From Chrysomallon squamiferum (taxonomy: Eukaryota > Animalia > Mollusca): a stretch of 64,000 nt of DNA. Location of the stretch: positions 7,874,001-7,938,000 of the forward strand of contig CM022673.1 of the NCBI GenBank assembly GCA_012295275.1, in the 5' to 3' direction. This document shows positions 1 through 13,059 of the stretch, piece after piece. The stretch's first letter is position 1, and each line of letters begins with the position of its first letter. The notes below the pieces were generated by a model, which worked only from the letters and a program-made list of their open reading frames with translations, was not told where the DNA came from and made no database searches. The position numbers and the translations under genes were made by a program.

Positions 1-53
1 ACTCTAACTTCAGTTTGATCAAATATGATACAGAAAGTTGTAACCGTACTTAC

Positions 54-96
54 AATGTAGTCTTGCAAAGTAAGGAAACATGAATGCATTCAGCAT
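54..96 (-). CDS. Candidate alternative coding first exon, MLNAFMFPYFARLH plus a phase-1 base
   Basis: ATG at 96, 14 open codons plus 1 nt, then consensus donor GTAAGT (53-48). The phase matches the other exons. Upstream 100-1150 is unique, CpG-bearing and UTR/promoter-like; possible acceptor ttcttttcag at 456. Confidence 0.5.
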
Positions 97-838
97 AGTG
101 GACAAAACCAGACTTGACTGTTATTTGGTTTCACAGATCACTTTTCCAATCACAGAATGAAATCCTTAAAAACAGCTAAGCGCAAATATCCATCATGAAT
201 ATCTATTTTCTTTGACTCAGTTAAAAACCAATCAGTTCAAAAATAAAATAAATCTATTTGTGGTTGAGATTATCAGATTATCTCGCGAACTGATTAGCTA
301 AGTCACCTGTACTGTTATAATCCACCGACAGTTTGTTTAGAGTATCACGTATCAAGTGATCTTCCAATCAAGTCATTTAAGTATCAAGTCTCAAAAATAT
401 TGGAGCTTAAATTTTCTGCAACTCAAGTTAAATTTCAAGTTTTTATCAAAAACAACTGAAAAGAATCAGTTTTCACAATATTTTCAGAAACTTCAGGATT
501 TTTTTTTTCTTTTATCTTTATATATTTGTTTTTTTTTTTCCTTTTCTTTTCAGTTATTGTAGATGGGAGATGAACACTAAAAAATCCTTCAAAAATCCTT
601 CTTGCCAATAAAATGACGGATATCTCAGAGTCTCACCATCTATATTCTTCAAAGCACGACGACACCTCTGGACATCAGATGTCAAAACACACATCTAATG
701 AAGACTCCAGTTCAGTCCAACAAAACACTTAACTCAATAATTAAAATTCGCTGGAACCCGGGATTACAAACATATAAAGATGACATCTTAAGATGTTCTG
801 TCACCAGTGTTCAGATACAAGTTTTCACTGCCACTCAC

Positions 839-1150
839 CGAAAATGACTCAGAATTAAAATTTATATAAAAAAAAAAGAAGAAAAAAAAAGGAAGAGGTC
901 TTAACAAGGCCAGGTCTGAGTCTAAATCTGACAGACAGTCTCTGACACGCTAGTTGTTATCCTCATACAGCAGGCTAATCCTCCATGCCGACTGCCCGCT
1001 ATAACACAGTAATAGTGTGTAATACGCCCTGCCCATAAACTTAGCAGGCATGATATGATCACTCACTCGGAACCATTTAGCTCATCTTATGACCAATAAA
1101 GTCAATGAAGCTTAGCGAGCGACCTGACCCGACCTTTTGTGTTGGGGATA
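839..1150 (-). promoter_or_regulatory. Putative promoter / non-coding first exon with donor at 838
   Basis: TTCG|GTGAGT donor at 838-833. Locally CpG-richer unique sequence at 940-1150 with a CCAAT at ~1093. Confidence 0.3.
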
Positions 1151-1762
1151 CAAAACAAAGCGAGAGAAATGTCTTTGTTACATGGATTAAGTGTTGTTTA
1201 CATTCAATCTGTAAAGGACCTATTTATACACACAGCTCAAGTCCTTTATGATGGTAACTGATAACTTACTGTGCATGGGGAACAATAACTTTCTACAATA
1301 AACTTTCTCAAAGCCAATATTACTTGTATTAGGACTCTTTTTGATCACTGTTTGCAACCATTTGTAAGGTTATAACCATAGATATAAAAAAAAAAAAGGA
1401 GGGGGAGGGAAAACAAATTTAATATGTAAGAATGTTTCATATAAATTTATTCTTTATTTCTTGTATCAGGTTTTAACTCTTCAAATCAGCATTTTCAATT
1501 CCAGTCATAGATACATTCATAATTGTTATTCTTATTCAAATGTAAAATTGTCTGTTGTGTAAATAAAAGTACATGTCGATATGTCAGCCAAATCTGCTAT
1601 TCCAGATAAGCTACGTATGTTTAATCATACAAAGTGCAATAGGAGATTGAAACAGACAGACAGACAGGTGGAAAAAATAGAACACAAGGAAGAAAGTCAG
1701 ACAAATAATAAAACAAATAAAGACAGAAAAATAACACACACCCACACGCACACATATACACT

Positions 1763-1766
<4 letters not shown>

Positions 1767-1859
<93 letters not shown>
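1767..1859. repeat. (CA)n microsatellite
   Basis: Perfect CA run; one of dozens in the window (e.g. 2997-3058, 5100-5212, 9927-10024, 25772-25845). Confidence 0.95.
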
Positions 1860-1860
<1 letters not shown>

Positions 1861-2434
1861 ATACACAGATAACAGTAATTCAATGAACCAATACCAAGCA
1901 TATCAGTCAATGAGAACATGCTTAAACCATAAAGAGATGGAAGTCGAATCAAACCACAAAACTGTGATGCAAGCAGATTAAGTTCCCTAATTAGTAAGGG
2001 TCATTTCCTGGCATGAAATAATCTCCTTGACCTGGAATGTACCCAGTTTTGTTACAATGTGAGCAGTTCAGCACTTTACTTAGATGTTTGTCAAGTCATG
2101 CTGTTCACCTTTGGAGGTTATGTTACTTCAGAATAAACTCATGAGGAACACAAAACCTGCATTCGTCTTGTTTGTCTATCTTACCAAAATGCAGTACATA
2201 GTTTCCTATTTCAAAAAAAAAAAAAAAAATCATTTTTAACCTGTAGGTGTGGCTGTGGTAATGTGCTGCTGCTTCCAAAAAAACAACAACTTCAAAACAT
2301 CTTACAGTGATATTTGACCAGATGATGAGTGTACAGTTCAGAATGGCAATGCGAGTTATTTAATATGTTAACCTCTGTCTACATTACTTCAAATTCAGTC
2401 CAGCCGGCATCTAACACTTGAACAGCTATGTTCA

Positions 2435-2442
2435 TGACGTCA
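2435..2442. promoter_or_regulatory. Full CRE palindrome TGACGTCA
   Basis: Exact match to the CREB/ATF consensus. Confidence 0.3.
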
Positions 2443-2993
2443 AAGGTGCCAATGAATAATAAGATCAGGTTAATTATTTGAGAAAAATAATACCAAAATT
2501 TGACTAGTAACCACTGAAGGCAATGACAACCACAGGATTTTGATTTGTGCTTGTTTAAGACCTATGTCACAGGGCTGCTTTGCATAATGGTTGCTTTTTT
2601 TGTTTGTAAACAATATAGAGGCCTTTTTTGTCAGTGTGAGTGTGAGTATGTGTGTGTGTGTGTGCATGAAAAAGAAAGTTTTAATGTGTCTGTGTTTCAT
2701 GTTTTTATTAGAGTAGGCTGATTAGAATAGGAAGCTGTGCAAATATACAAGTAGGCAAAAATGCACTCCATAATAAACTCTATAATATATTTTCTTGTTT
2801 ACTATTTTTTGAACAAACATGCTAGAAAACAGCTGCAAACTGTTAATATATAACAAATATGCAGCAATGATCATTTAATGGATGAATAATGGTAACCATT
2901 GGTTACTTTTTATTAAAAAGTTAAAATACACAAAGAATTGCTGAGGCTAAGACAGATGATGATTTTAAGGGTTGATGGCTATTAGTATGTGTC

Positions 2994-3066
<73 letters not shown>

Positions 3067-3199
3067 CATGTGTGTATGAATGGAATTTGAGTGGGTGTGA
3101 GTAAGGATATATTTGTACATGTGTCTGTGCATATATATGTGTGTGCATGTTTGTGCATATGATGTGTCTGTCACTGTATGTGATTGTGTGTGTGTGTGT

Positions 3200-3232
<33 letters not shown>

Positions 3233-3990
3233 GAGACAACTGTGTCTGTATCTTTAACAGTAATTAGTAATTGATATGTACTCTGATATGCTTTGTGATT
3301 TACATTCACAGTCTTTGACTCCGAGACAAGGCTCAAAAGGTTTAAAACAACTGAAATAGTTTAGCTGTAAATAATAATTTATTCATTTCCACTGTTGTCT
3401 GGTTTTTATTTATCTTGCCATGTGATATACTAATCACTTTCCATGCCAATTCAACTTCAAAAATAAATAATTTTTTAATGAATGCCTCTTAGAACTTTGA
3501 GAAAGTCTCTTTTTATCTGCTTCCTTTAAAGCAATGATACCTCTTTGTTTAGTAAATAAATAGTTAATTTCAAGTAATTCCCAGATCTTTAATTAAAATT
3601 TCCCTGCTGTTATGGGACAATGTTTTGTCTACAAAAAGAATAGGAACACATTTTTTTCTTTTTTTTCTGCCTCTCCGATTCTTACCAATTCAACTTATTT
3701 AGCTTTGTCAGAAATGCAGAGGGAATATGAATAGTAAAATATTCATTTAGAGAAGTCGAGTATAAAACAAAATGTGTGACTGGAAAAAAAAAAAAAAAAC
3801 AAAAGGTATTGCACGTTGTTGATCCAAGCATGCAGTCACACCGTGAACAAAAACTTCATTGATAAAAGTCTTAACAGCACAGGAAATGAACATTAATAAT
3901 TCAACACACAAGAAGACCCACATATCTCCTTTATAACTTTGTTGGTAAGTTTATAACAAAAGAAAGCAATTAAAAAAATATATGGACAGG

Positions 3991-4021
<31 letters not shown>

Positions 4022-4410
4022 CAGTCCTTCAGAAAAATTGATCATAAAGTACCCGTTAGCTTAACAGAGCCTCATAATTTAATTATTGAATAATATTTTT
4101 GGAACAATTATTTATTTTTTTTTTTTTTTAATTCTTTCCAATCATTAAATTATTATGATTAGATATATATAACAAAAAAACAAAAAAATAAAAAAAAAAA
4201 AATAATAATAATAATAATAAATAACAGTTAATATTTTATACAAATTTTATTGTTTAACTAACTGAAATATCAATAAATACATATTGCTCCCCGATTTAAT
4301 TGACGTTTACGTTAGCCCTGATAGGGCCTCACTGAAATTATAAATAGCCAAATAGTTGTTTTGCTGTGACAGTGTTGGCCTGCAATGGTACACAGTCAAA
4401 GTATGTCATC

Positions 4411-4422
4411 TCTGACGTCAGA
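4411..4422. promoter_or_regulatory. CRE in an extended palindrome TCTGACGTCAGA
   Basis: Exact CRE inside a GC-richer unique island at 4290-4540. Confidence 0.35.
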
Positions 4423-4983
4423 CACAACCCCTCTAGCCTAGGTCTGCATGATAGCTTGATACAGACCCATAATAAACAGAATTACTAGCAGGAAACTGCC
4501 ACAGGTCACAAAGGTTACATCCAACATTATTCTCCAGTCCTAAACACTAAAAATATTGAGGGAAAATTTAACCGTACTTACTGACAAATAATATTAAGAT
4601 TTGGAGAATATTTTGTTATTTTAATACTTAAGGACTTGTTACTGATTCATAAATATTAACAGAAGTCACATGCCTGTCAATAAATTGAACCTGATGTTTT
4701 AAATTTCAATATTTTTTATATTTGTTGTATATTCCCAACACTTAAAAATATTATGGGGAAATTTGTCGTTGTCAATAATAAATTAATTCATATACTGAAA
4801 TTTCTGGTGTTTTTGTAAACAATATATATAACATTAAAGAAAAGTTATATAAACAGTTTATTTCCTAAACACTAAAAATATTAAGGGTAAATAATCCATC
4901 CACATCATTAATATTACATTTTACACATTTAGTGACAGTATGTCGAATATAATAAATATATACTTAGTATAAAAGTATAAAAG

Positions 4984-5014
<31 letters not shown>

Positions 5015-5112
5015 TTAAGGATAAATGTGTGTTTTCGTCAAAGTTCTGAGTGAACAGATAATCAATCATGAATATAAAAGTCATGAATAATTGTTAAACA
5101 CAAACACACACA

Positions 5113-5177
<65 letters not shown>

Positions 5178-5179
5178 AG

Positions 5180-5211
<32 letters not shown>

Positions 5212-7254
5212 ATTACTATGGGCAAATTACAAAATACCATAGTTCAAAGTATTATACTTTCTCATTCCTACACAGTAAGAATATTAAGGGTGAATGTGAC
5301 CCCTTGCTCTGAATTTAACATTTTGGCAGGTGGGAATTATATATAACTCGACAAGCTTCATTTTTATTTAACCATTTAATCACTAGCCATACAAAAAAAA
5401 AAAAAAAAAATAAAAAGAATAAGATTAAATGTTTTCCAAATATTAAAAAAATTAAAATTATTTAAGATAATGTAATATAAAGAGTGCTTTTGTTCTACAT
5501 TCACAAAGCTGTAAACATGTACAAGCTGAAGAAATTCCTGTCCAGGAAAAACAAGCCTGACAATTTCAGTCATATTGCTTTTATATTGAAGACAGACCCA
5601 GCATTCCTGAAAACTCTCTAGATAAAATAAACCTAATTATAAATAAAAATACAAGTAGATAAAAATACAAAAAAAATAAATAAAAAAAATTAAAAGTTAG
5701 ATGCTAACATTATGTCAAAAGCCTTTGCCAAAAACCAGTTCTACGCATAAATCTAAAATAAGATATAAGAGCAGATACATACTCTAAAAAAAAAAAAAAT
5801 ATATATATAAATAATAATAAATAAATAAAAATCTTATTTTTTGTTTGTTTTTAATGTTATAAACTTATTCCTGTCATCTTTAAAAAAAAAAAAAAAATAT
5901 AAAAAAAAAAAAAAAAAAAAAACCCATTTAAATATAAAAAATATATTAAAAAAAAAAAAAAAAATAAAAAAATAAATATATGTTCACATTTTATTTGTAA
6001 ATGCCATAAACTTTTAGATGCAAGAAAGCAAGCTGTTTAGGAACCCTGCCAAGACTTTTTATTTGAAAAAAAAAAAAACATCCTGATTTGAAAATGTTCT
6101 CTGACTTATCTTGCAGGAGGTAATTTATTATTTCTCAAAAGTTCTCCACCAGCATTTTTACAACATTAATCTATATTTACATTTATATGTTTGTTAAATA
6201 TTTACGACACGGACAAACAAAAAATTATGTTCTTCTGTTTTCGTTTTAATCTCGGTTACCAATTAAAATGTTTGAGGTTCTGTTACCAATTAAAAATGGA
6301 GAAAAGTAAATTAGATTATTTACTGTCACTTCAGTAAGTTATGTAGAATACCGAAATAGATTTCTTCTTTCATCTTTTGTTTTGTTTGTTTTTAATAAGA
6401 AAATAAAATGCCTTTAGTAATATAATTTTATGAAATAATTGTACTAATAATAACATTAATAAAAATAGTAACAATAACGACAATAATAATAAAAAAACAA
6501 AACAACCAAACAAAAATAGAGACTGTGTGTGTGTGTGTGTATGTGTGTGTGTATCTGTGTGTGTATGTGTGTGTGTCTGTGTGTGTATCTGTGTGTTGAC
6601 TCTGTGTTTGTTTCTGTTTCCATTTACTTGATGTGTTTTGACATGTAAACAGGAACCAAAGTATTACATTCCTATAACTTTTAATAAATACTGCACTTCA
6701 TTTAAATCAGTTTACAAGATAAACACCATGTCAGCCTACTCCTACAGAATAAATAAATAGCAGATTAACAACACTAACAGAAATCTAATATATATATACA
6801 TGGTATTTGTTGATTTTATTTTATTATTTATTTTATTCTTCTGTGTGTGTGTGTGTGGTGATGATATTAAAAGAAGAAAACATGTTATTGCCATTGTAAA
6901 CACTCAGAGGACAGCTTTTATTTATCAGCAAAGGACCTTTTACATACAGCTTCTAACACCAAAAACCTTCAAGAAAATTATCTCACGGAATTAAGTGGAA
7001 TGAGAAATAAGACACACACATACACACATCAGAGAAGACTTCGCATGTGACAAGAACTCTTAGAAGAAGAACATTTTTCTTTCACCAGCAGATGTATTTA
7101 AAATATTATTGAGATCCATGATGATTCTATTTCAGTAAAAATAACAGGAAACACAATACTGATAATAATGATGACAGAAGAAAAGAAAGCAGAAAGAAAG
7201 AAATGGACAGACAATCAAAGAGACTGAGTGACGGGTGGAAAGTGAAATACGTAC

Positions 7255-7323
7255 CTCCACGCCTGTTTCCCATATTAGAAAAACTGTTGATTTCCATGGC
7301 TGTTTCAAGCGGTCCTACGGGAT
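7255..7323 (-). CDS. Internal coding exon (69 nt, phase 1-1): (D)PVGPLETAMEINSFSNMGNRRG
   Basis: Acceptor ctcttttctttccag and donor GAG|gtacgt. Open frame, length a multiple of 3, GC-richer than flanks. Contains in-frame GCCATGG (ATG at 7297) and a second ATG at 7273 (MGNRRG). Confidence 0.75.
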
Positions 7324-7527
7324 CTGGAAAGAAAAGAGTAACAAGTTTACTTGACATGTTTGAAAAAAAAAAAAAAAACCTACCATTTGATCTGATAGTG
7401 TTTTATTTCAATAGTCTCCACATTCTTCTACATGTGGTCTCATCCAAGATACTTTGTGATGACCGTAATAGATGTGACTGTGTATGTAATGTATATATTT
7501 ATATGTATGTGTGGATGTATGTGTATG

Positions 7528-7544
<17 letters not shown>

Positions 7545-7571
<27 letters not shown>

Positions 7572-7815
7572 TATGTATATATTGGTGTATGAATAAATGT
7601 ACATATGTGCATATGTGTGAAAAAGGTATATATGCATCTTTTTGTGTGTGTGTACGTATGTGTATGTGTGTGTATATATATATATATATATAGGTATGTA
7701 TACATTGGTGTATGAATAAATGTATGTATGTGCATATGTGTGAAAAAGGTATATATGCATCTTTTTGTGTGTGTGTACGTATGTGTATGTGTGTGTATAT
7801 ATATATATATATATA
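7545..7815. repeat. Tandem duplication, ~123-bp unit, embedded in TA/TG microsatellite
   Basis: taggtatgta..ttggtgtatgaataaatgta..gtgtgaaaaaggtatatatgcatctttttg occurs at ~7568 and ~7691. Confidence 0.85.
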
Positions 7816-8149
7816 CACATATATGAGTAAATATATGTATTTATATGCATATATGTATGTGTTTGTGTTTGTGTTTGTATACATGTATGTATCTATTTAT
7901 GTGTGTGTGTGTGTGTGTGTGCCTGTATGTATGTATGTATGTAAATGATTAACAAACTGAGTAAGTACTTTAACATTTATTTATTCCTCAATCTGAATTG
8001 ACAAATAACTACAAAGAATGAGTACATTATGTTATTTTTTTTCACAAATAACTTATTATTTTTTCTTCTAAGATTATCTCTGATGTTAGTTAAGAAACTG
8101 GGATATTTTTCAATTTTACTCTGTTCAGTGTGTGTGAATGTGTGTGTGA

Positions 8150-8194
<45 letters not shown>

Positions 8195-8287
8195 TTTGTA
8201 GAAATGTTTTGTGCATATGTTGTGAACACATTTATCTGTGAAAGTGTGGATCTGTTTGTGTGTGTGTGTATATGTGTGTATAGCTGT

Positions 8288-8343
<56 letters not shown>

Positions 8344-9630
8344 CTGATCACTTAAAGGTAACATTATGATGCAATAATTTGCCTCGGATACTGACCAGGT
8401 TTACAACACAACTGACACAATTTCAAATTAGTTCAAGAACAGGTAACTTCTTACAAAAGCCTCATCTCCCTACACAGTTTTAAACAAACTAGAAATACAC
8501 ACAGACTAACACAAACTCAAGACATGCATGCACAGACATGCACGCATGCACACACACACACATGGACACATGCACACACACACATGGACAAGTACACTGT
8601 ACATATATAATTAAATATACACTCCTGCAAAACCGCTAAAATGAGAAACAGTATCTTAATAAATTCTTTTTATGGGTTTTTTTTTATAAAAAAAAAAAGA
8701 GAAAAAAAAATAAAAATAAAACACATGCTTAACACCTTTAACTGCGATAGTGTTGCATTCTCCACTTACACTGTGCGACCTAGCGCGAGAGATTCAACAC
8801 ACAACATACTACAGTGTAACTGACTTTTTCACTCCAAGCTTACACATACATGATATGAATGCCAAAAATATACACACCTAAGTGTTGTAATCCACATGTA
8901 CTTACACACTGTCTGGGCTTTATAGTGCCAGGCCATGAAAGAAGCAGGCCAAGTCAAGACAATCCCACTAGACCTGGACCTGTTATCAAATTCCTTGAGA
9001 AACACTCTTGATAAACACTTGTATAATTCACACTGTTATGGCAAACAGATTATCCCTATATATAGATTTGAGGAGCGATATATATGCTGTGTAGCAATTT
9101 TGATATAATAAATATTTTATTGAGAAGAAGAAAAATGTGTTTATGTATGTTTTTATATGTGTGTGTATATATATACGTATATGTATGTGTGTGTGTGTGT
9201 GTGTGTGAGTGTGTGTATACAGACACACAAAACTACATACATAATAAACACACACAGTCTCTTAAACAGAAACAATAATTCAGACATATTACACAGACAC
9301 GCCCCATACTTATATACACATAAATGACCAGTATACTTATACATACACAAATATACATGCAAATACATACACATACACACACACACACATACTTACAGCA
9401 AAGTCTCAAAAACATTTACTCAAGCAGGTTTTCACTTTGGCCGTGATATATCAAAAATTATACTCATATGAATATTACACTAAGTGTGAAATAACATCTT
9501 GAAACTGCTACTACAAAAGTGAAACAGAGTATAGATCCTATGTGATTGTTTTGTGTTGGTGAAACACTGTATTGTTATCAAGTTGGGTATACACATTGTT
9601 TCAATTAGTACTGCTGGCCAACACAAACAC

Positions 9631-9665
<35 letters not shown>

Positions 9666-9924
9666 CTTTTTTTGCACAGCTGGCTTCGGTTTTGTGTCAC
9701 AAATGTTTAAATATTTGTGTCATTCAAAAATAAAAGTCAAAATATTATATATAAGTAACAAAAATGAAAAAGAAGGAAAAAAACACCAAGGAAAGAAACT
9801 GTGGAAAAAAAACAAAAGATCGCCCACCCTCACTAGACTATTCCTGAAAGACAATCATTTGATTCCTTTCACTTAAAAACAAAAATAATAAAGTATATGA
9901 TATCTGTAAAAATGTGAATGGGAT

Positions 9925-10027
<103 letters not shown>

Positions 10028-10874
10028 ACGTAATATATATATATATATATACACATCTTCTTTTAATAGTATTCATGTAGGCGTTTTCTTTGTCCTTCCT
10101 ATTTCTATAATAAACATTCTATTTTTCTTCTTCCTTGTTTCATTTTGTTTTTTAATGGTGTCAAATGTGATAAGAGACGATGTACAGATCAATGTCAGGT
10201 GAAACTCTTCCCTTTCTCTTTGGTGTTTTGTTTACTTACACAGAAAAATTTAAAATATATATAAGAAGAAATTTGAATTTCATTTATCAAATTTAAATAA
10301 TAATAAATAACAAATAATAAAAAAAAAAAAAAGCCAAAACAAAATAGAATAATAAAAAAAAAATCAACACTAAGTATAGCTGTGAAGAGAGGTATTTAAA
10401 AATATCTATCCCCAGAACTAATTTATAAAAAAAAAAAAAAAAAAAATGCAGAATACATGATAATCAAATGTTATAAAAATTATCCATTTGATGTATTATG
10501 ATTGCATGCTGAAAAGTTATGCAGTACTGGTTACTTTTTTAAACATTTGTGGAACACACTCATCAATCCACAACTGACGGATGTGATTTTGCAAATCAAT
10601 ACAGTGAAATCTGCTAACTTTTCTGACAATTTCAAAAAAAAAAAAAAAAAAAAAAAAAGGTAATGGTAATTAATAAAATACAATAAAAATTAAACAAAGA
10701 AGACTCAAGCGCATGCAGACTGCAGAGTGGTGATGACTAAATGGTCAGAACACTCTCAATACTGGAAGGTTCTGCAAAATATTACAATAACATTTTCCAT
10801 TCTGATGAATATCTGGAAATATCTCTTAGTTTACCCACACAAAAAAACACAACATAGATCATCTCCTTAGCTGA

Positions 10875-10875
<1 letters not shown>

Positions 10876-10905
<30 letters not shown>

Positions 10906-10930
10906 TGTATGTATGTATGTATGTATGTAT
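10876..10930. repeat. (TATG)n tetranucleotide microsatellite
   Basis: Perfect run visible. Confidence 0.9.
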
Positions 10931-12031
10931 ATATGTGAAAAAGAACATGTTTTCCCTACCTTTTTCCGGAGCAGATTAATATAATATACAGAATCTTCTC
11001 CATACACCAATCCTGGTACAAAATATATGATGTATGTTGCCATTCCTAAACCTTTCCCTAAACAGAACTCACACAGCATGAGGCACCTTTCAAAGACCCC
11101 TAACCAGACAGTTTTACATATGTGACACAGAACCTTCCCATTTCCATCACCCAGACAAAGTCATCAGAATTATTCTTAATACAGCCAGCAGTAAATGTTA
11201 ACTTCAACATTATATTTTGTTCACTCTCATTATTATTATTATTATTATTATTATGTGGTTGTTATCATCATCATCATCATCATTTTATTTCTGTTTTAAT
11301 TTTTATTTTGCATCACATAAATGTAAATTAATAATAACTGAAACATGCATATTATATACATAAAGATTATTTTAATGAACATTTTAATAATAATAATAAT
11401 AATAATAATACAAACACTAAATTAAATTCAAACATTATTGTGTTATATTTAAAGTCCTTTCAAAATAAATTCAATTAATGTTTTCTTATTATATTAATTA
11501 TTTATAGATGAATTTAATACTTTTTTTTTTTAAATACTAATTCTCCTTTCAAAACTATTTATGAAAAGGTTAAATGAAATAATTTTTTTTATCTGTGTAA
11601 AATAACTAGTAAAATGTCAAAATTTAAGTGAGTTTTAAATAACAAAAAAAAAAAAAGAAAGAAAGAAAAAAAAAGAGAAGTGAACTGAGTAGGAGTTGAA
11701 CAACAAGAAAAACTAATTAAAATAGAAAATTAGTAGTTTTCAAATTCAGTGTATAAATAACAATGTTAAAGCTGATAATGGAGATGCTGCTGCTGATGAT
11801 GATGATCTATTTATTTTCTAATTTACTGTTATTAGTGTGTTTGCTGTATTAACACTGAGTCAAATTCATTTCCTTTTTTTTACACTAACAACACAACATA
11901 TTAAAGCTGCTATGTTTACACTCACACCTAATACACAAACATACAGATCTGTGTTTATCTATCTATACATCTCAATCTGTATATATCTACACACCCACAC
12001 ACACACACTCACTCACACTCACACACACACA

Positions 12032-12079
<48 letters not shown>

Positions 12080-12337
12080 CACAAACCTTTAACAAACCTT
12101 TGTACTATTAACCATCTTTTAATAATAACTTACAAATATTAATGTTTATCTCACTGAATCACTTTTGATAACATCAAAACTTTTTTATTTTTGTTGATAT
12201 AATTTAAGTTTATTTTGAATTACATTTTTTTCAATTTAAAACCTGTATGTGTACATGGTTACACAGAGATTACAAATTTATAGATATACAAACATATACG
12301 TCACACACACACACACACACTCACACACACACAAACA

Positions 12338-12381
<44 letters not shown>

Positions 12382-12577
12382 TTGAACAGTTTCATTTACA
12401 GACATCACTGTAAATAATCCGTTATCACCTAATTAAAACAAATGACCTCTTTTAATTTTTTAAAACCTCCATTTCTTTTTCTTTTCTTTTCTTTTCTTCT
12501 TCTTCAAATAGTGAAATAATACACACACACACACACACACACACATGCATTTGTTCTGTTCACAATTTCCCTCTCAC

Positions 12578-12661
12578 CAGCAAATCAGAAAACTGTAACA
12601 GCAATTTCAAACTTCATGAAGTACACACACAAGCAACAGAAAACAGTAAACAACGTAACAC
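12578..12661 (-). other. Candidate 84-nt cassette exon (non-coding or poison)
   Basis: Very strong acceptor (T)n-ctctctcatctcag and donor CTG|gtgaga; all three frames contain a TGA. Confidence 0.35.
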
Positions 12662-13028
12662 CTGAGATGAGAGAGAAAAAAAAAAAAATATATAATAATA
12701 ACTGTTACAAAGAATAATACAAACAGTATGAGAATATTCACCTGAACAAGTGCTTGCTTTGACATAACTTGTGTGAGGTAAATCCCATACCTATAAGAAA
12801 GTAAACAACCTACTTGTACTTATGGCAATCAGTCAATAGACAGCATCCTCATAACACTGGCTGGGTGCTACCAATACCGAGCAGGTAAGTCTGTGCAGCT
12901 TATCAAACAGAAGCTGTAGTAAAGGGCAAAGCTAATGTAAATACACACTGTTATTAAGATATTACTTACTTCACTAACACAGTCTACTTTATTAACATTC
13001 AACCCTTACACTTCTAAACAAAAAATAA

Positions 13029-13059
<31 letters not shown>

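Noticed and set aside
4540-5300. TAACCGTACTTAC at 4569, identical to the donor context at 41-53
   Set aside because: It lies in a locally repeated aatatt(a/g)aggg motif family and has no open phase-1 frame upstream.
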